Positions 62,603 to 64,000 of a stretch of DNA of 64,000 nucleotides are shown here, piece by piece; position 1 is the stretch's first letter; each line of letters starts with the position of its first letter. Both the position numbers and the translations under genes were made by a program. The notes under the pieces are model-generated. The model saw only the letters and a program-made list of their open reading frames with translations. It had not been told where the DNA came from and ran no database searches. The DNA is taken from positions 10,495-74,494 of the forward strand of contig JBDNFC010000016.1 in the NCBI GenBank assembly GCA_041690035.1, given 5' to 3'. Source of the stretch: Bacteroidia bacterium (lineage in GTDB: Bacteria > Bacteroidota > Bacteroidia > NS11-12g > UBA955).

Positions 62603-64000
62603 TTAACTAATCTTTTCTTCATCAATATCTATTTTAAATATAGCATCTTTGAGCTCTTTTCTTGGGTTTAAATCTTTTTCGAATGCAATGATAAGTGCTG
62701 GTAAAACAAAGAGGTTAGAAAACATAGCGATTACCAAAGTAAATCCGGTTAAAATACCTAATGCCATAGTGCCTTGAAAATTACTAAACCCGAAAATTAT
62801 AAATCCAAAAAATAATACGACAGAAGTATAGATCATGCTTTGACCCATTTCTTTTAAACATTTACTTGTAATTACAGAAATACTTTCTGAACTGCGCTTA
62901 AGAATATATCTAAATTTTGCTAAAAAATGAATTGTATCGTCAACAGCTATGCCAAATGCAATACTAAAAACTAAAATAGTAGATGGTTTCAGGGTAATGC
63001 CAAAATGTCCCATTAGGCCCACTGTAACCAATAGAGGCAATATATTTGGCACTAATGATATAAATACCATTTTCCAACTGGTAAATAAGCCCCCCATAAT
63101 GATAGCGATTAGTGTAAAGGCGAGCAGCATACTTTGTATAAGGCTATTTACTAAATATTCATTTCCTTTTAAAAATATCATAGAGGTGCCTGTTACATAA
63201 GTGTCATATTCACTTTTAGGAAAAATTTCTGTAATAATACTTTCATGACCTTGCGATTGTCTATTTGGCGAAATTTCTAATAATAACTTCTCCATTGATT
63301 TACTGCCTATATCTTTCATCTGAAATGATACACGGGCTTTACTAAAATCTTTGTTCACCATCAATCCTAATTTGTTTTTAGTTGAACTATCTTGTATTAA
63401 ATATTCGGCAATATTTGCATATTCTAAATCTTGTATCGGCAATCTGTAATATTTTTTGTCGCCATAATTCCATGCTTGATTGGCAAAACTGATGGCATCT
63501 ACCACACTAAGTCCTCTTGATAGCTCTTCTCTACTCGCCAATTTTTTTTCTAACAACCTGATTTTGGCCAAAGTTTTTGGGTTTTTGATACCATCTATTT
63601 CATTGGTATTAATAACTACTTCAAAAGGCATTACACCAGTTAAGTTTTCTTCAAAAAACATTAAATCTTGATATAGTTGTTGCTTTTTGGGAATATCATC
63701 CACCATGTAAACTAGGGATTTAATCTTTAATGCTCCAAAAATTGAAAAGACAACTATAACAATGGTAAAGAAAAAAATTCTTCTTGGATGATTAAACACA
63801 ATATAATGGATCCAGTTTACTATTTTTTTTACATTTGGATTTTCTAAATGCTTGGTGTGCTTTAAACGAGGCGAAGCCAAGTAACTGTATAATATTGGCA
63901 CAAGAGTAAGTGTAAATATAAACACACACATAACACTTAAAAAAGTAATTAGTCCAAATTGCTGAAGCATGGCCGTTTTTGTAAAAGCAAAAACGCCAAA
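62603..64000 (-). CDS. MMPL/RND-superfamily membrane transporter, 5'-partial in window (C-terminal half present)
   Basis: C-terminal TM bundle VFSIAFGIAVDDTIHFL (RND/SSD-like), large periplasmic loop; open to window end. Confidence 0.6.
   Translation of the reverse strand, partial: FGVFAFTKTAMLQQFGLITFLSVMCVFIFTLTLVPILYSYLASPRLKHTKHLENPNVKKIVNWIHYIVFNHPRRIFFFTIVIVVFSIFGALKIKSLVYMVDDIPKKQQLYQDLMFFEENLTGVMPFEVVINTNEIDGIKNPKTLAKIRLLEKKLASREELSRGLSVVDAISFANQAWNYGDKKYYRLPIQDLEYANIAEYLIQDSSTKNKLGLMVNKDFSKARVSFQMKDIGSKSMEKLLLEISPNRQSQGHESIITEIFPKSEYDTYVTGTSMIFLKGNEYLVNSLIQSMLLAFTLIAIIMGGLFTSWKMVFISLVPNILPLLVTVGLMGHFGITLKPSTILVFSIAFGIAVDDTIHFLAKFRYILKRSSESISVITSKCLKEMGQSMIYTSVVLFFGFIIFGFSNFQGTMALGILTGFTLVIAMFSNLFVLPALIIAFEKDLNPRKELKDAIFKIDIDEEKIS

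Noticed and set aside
1-64000. tRNA, rRNA, tmRNA, riboswitch and transposase/integrase search by eye across all intergenic regions
   Set aside because: No cloverleaf-compatible segments, no rRNA-like conserved stretches, no recombinase-like ORFs. Intergenic regions are short and AT-rich.

Overview
This is an AT-rich chromosomal segment (about one-third GC by eye) from a Bacteroidota-type organism. The assignment rests on type IX secretion (T9SS) genes (porV, a PorQ/PorV-family gene), a gliding-motility/T9SS type-B C-terminal sorting domain, tandem OmpH/Skp genes and short or absent leaders. Most of the window is tightly packed housekeeping and cell-envelope coding sequence on both strands. 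Recognised genes include purH, a lipoate-protein ligase, mnmA, an HD-domain hydrolase, GT4/GT2/GT9 glycosyltransferases, cmk, ung, ftsE, argS, a ferredoxin/FNR pair, an MFS transporter, gpmI, dnaE, a CPBP protease, murI, a 2-hydroxyacid dehydrogenase, greA, a HIT protein and a partial MMPL/RND transporter. No rRNA, tRNA, CRISPR array, transposase or integrase was found. Seven things stand out. (1) A light-response operon on the minus strand links a flavin reductase, a cryptochrome/photolyase, a divergent FAD-domain photolyase-like paralog and a small TIGR03643/DUF2805-like protein, with 4-bp ATGA overlaps. (2) A GC-richer, cysteine-rich secreted-protein gene is interrupted by an in-frame TAA directly after its signal peptide and is followed by a long hairpin. 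(3) A large T9SS type-B-CTD cargo gene has decayed into at least four frame fragments. (4) A cluster of about 145-bp MITE-like direct repeats with imperfect terminal inverted repeats lies between the FNR gene and a lipoprotein gene. (5) A YfcE-type metallophosphoesterase has no canonical start codon in front of its conserved DxH motif. (6) A dihydroorotase-like gene lacks the HxH metal-binding motif, within a conserved GT2-DUF4199 neighbourhood. (7) A T9SS locus runs from a giant TonB-receptor-like barrel through a candidate PorU to PorV and an intrinsic terminator. All functional calls come from motif recognition by eye; no database search was possible.
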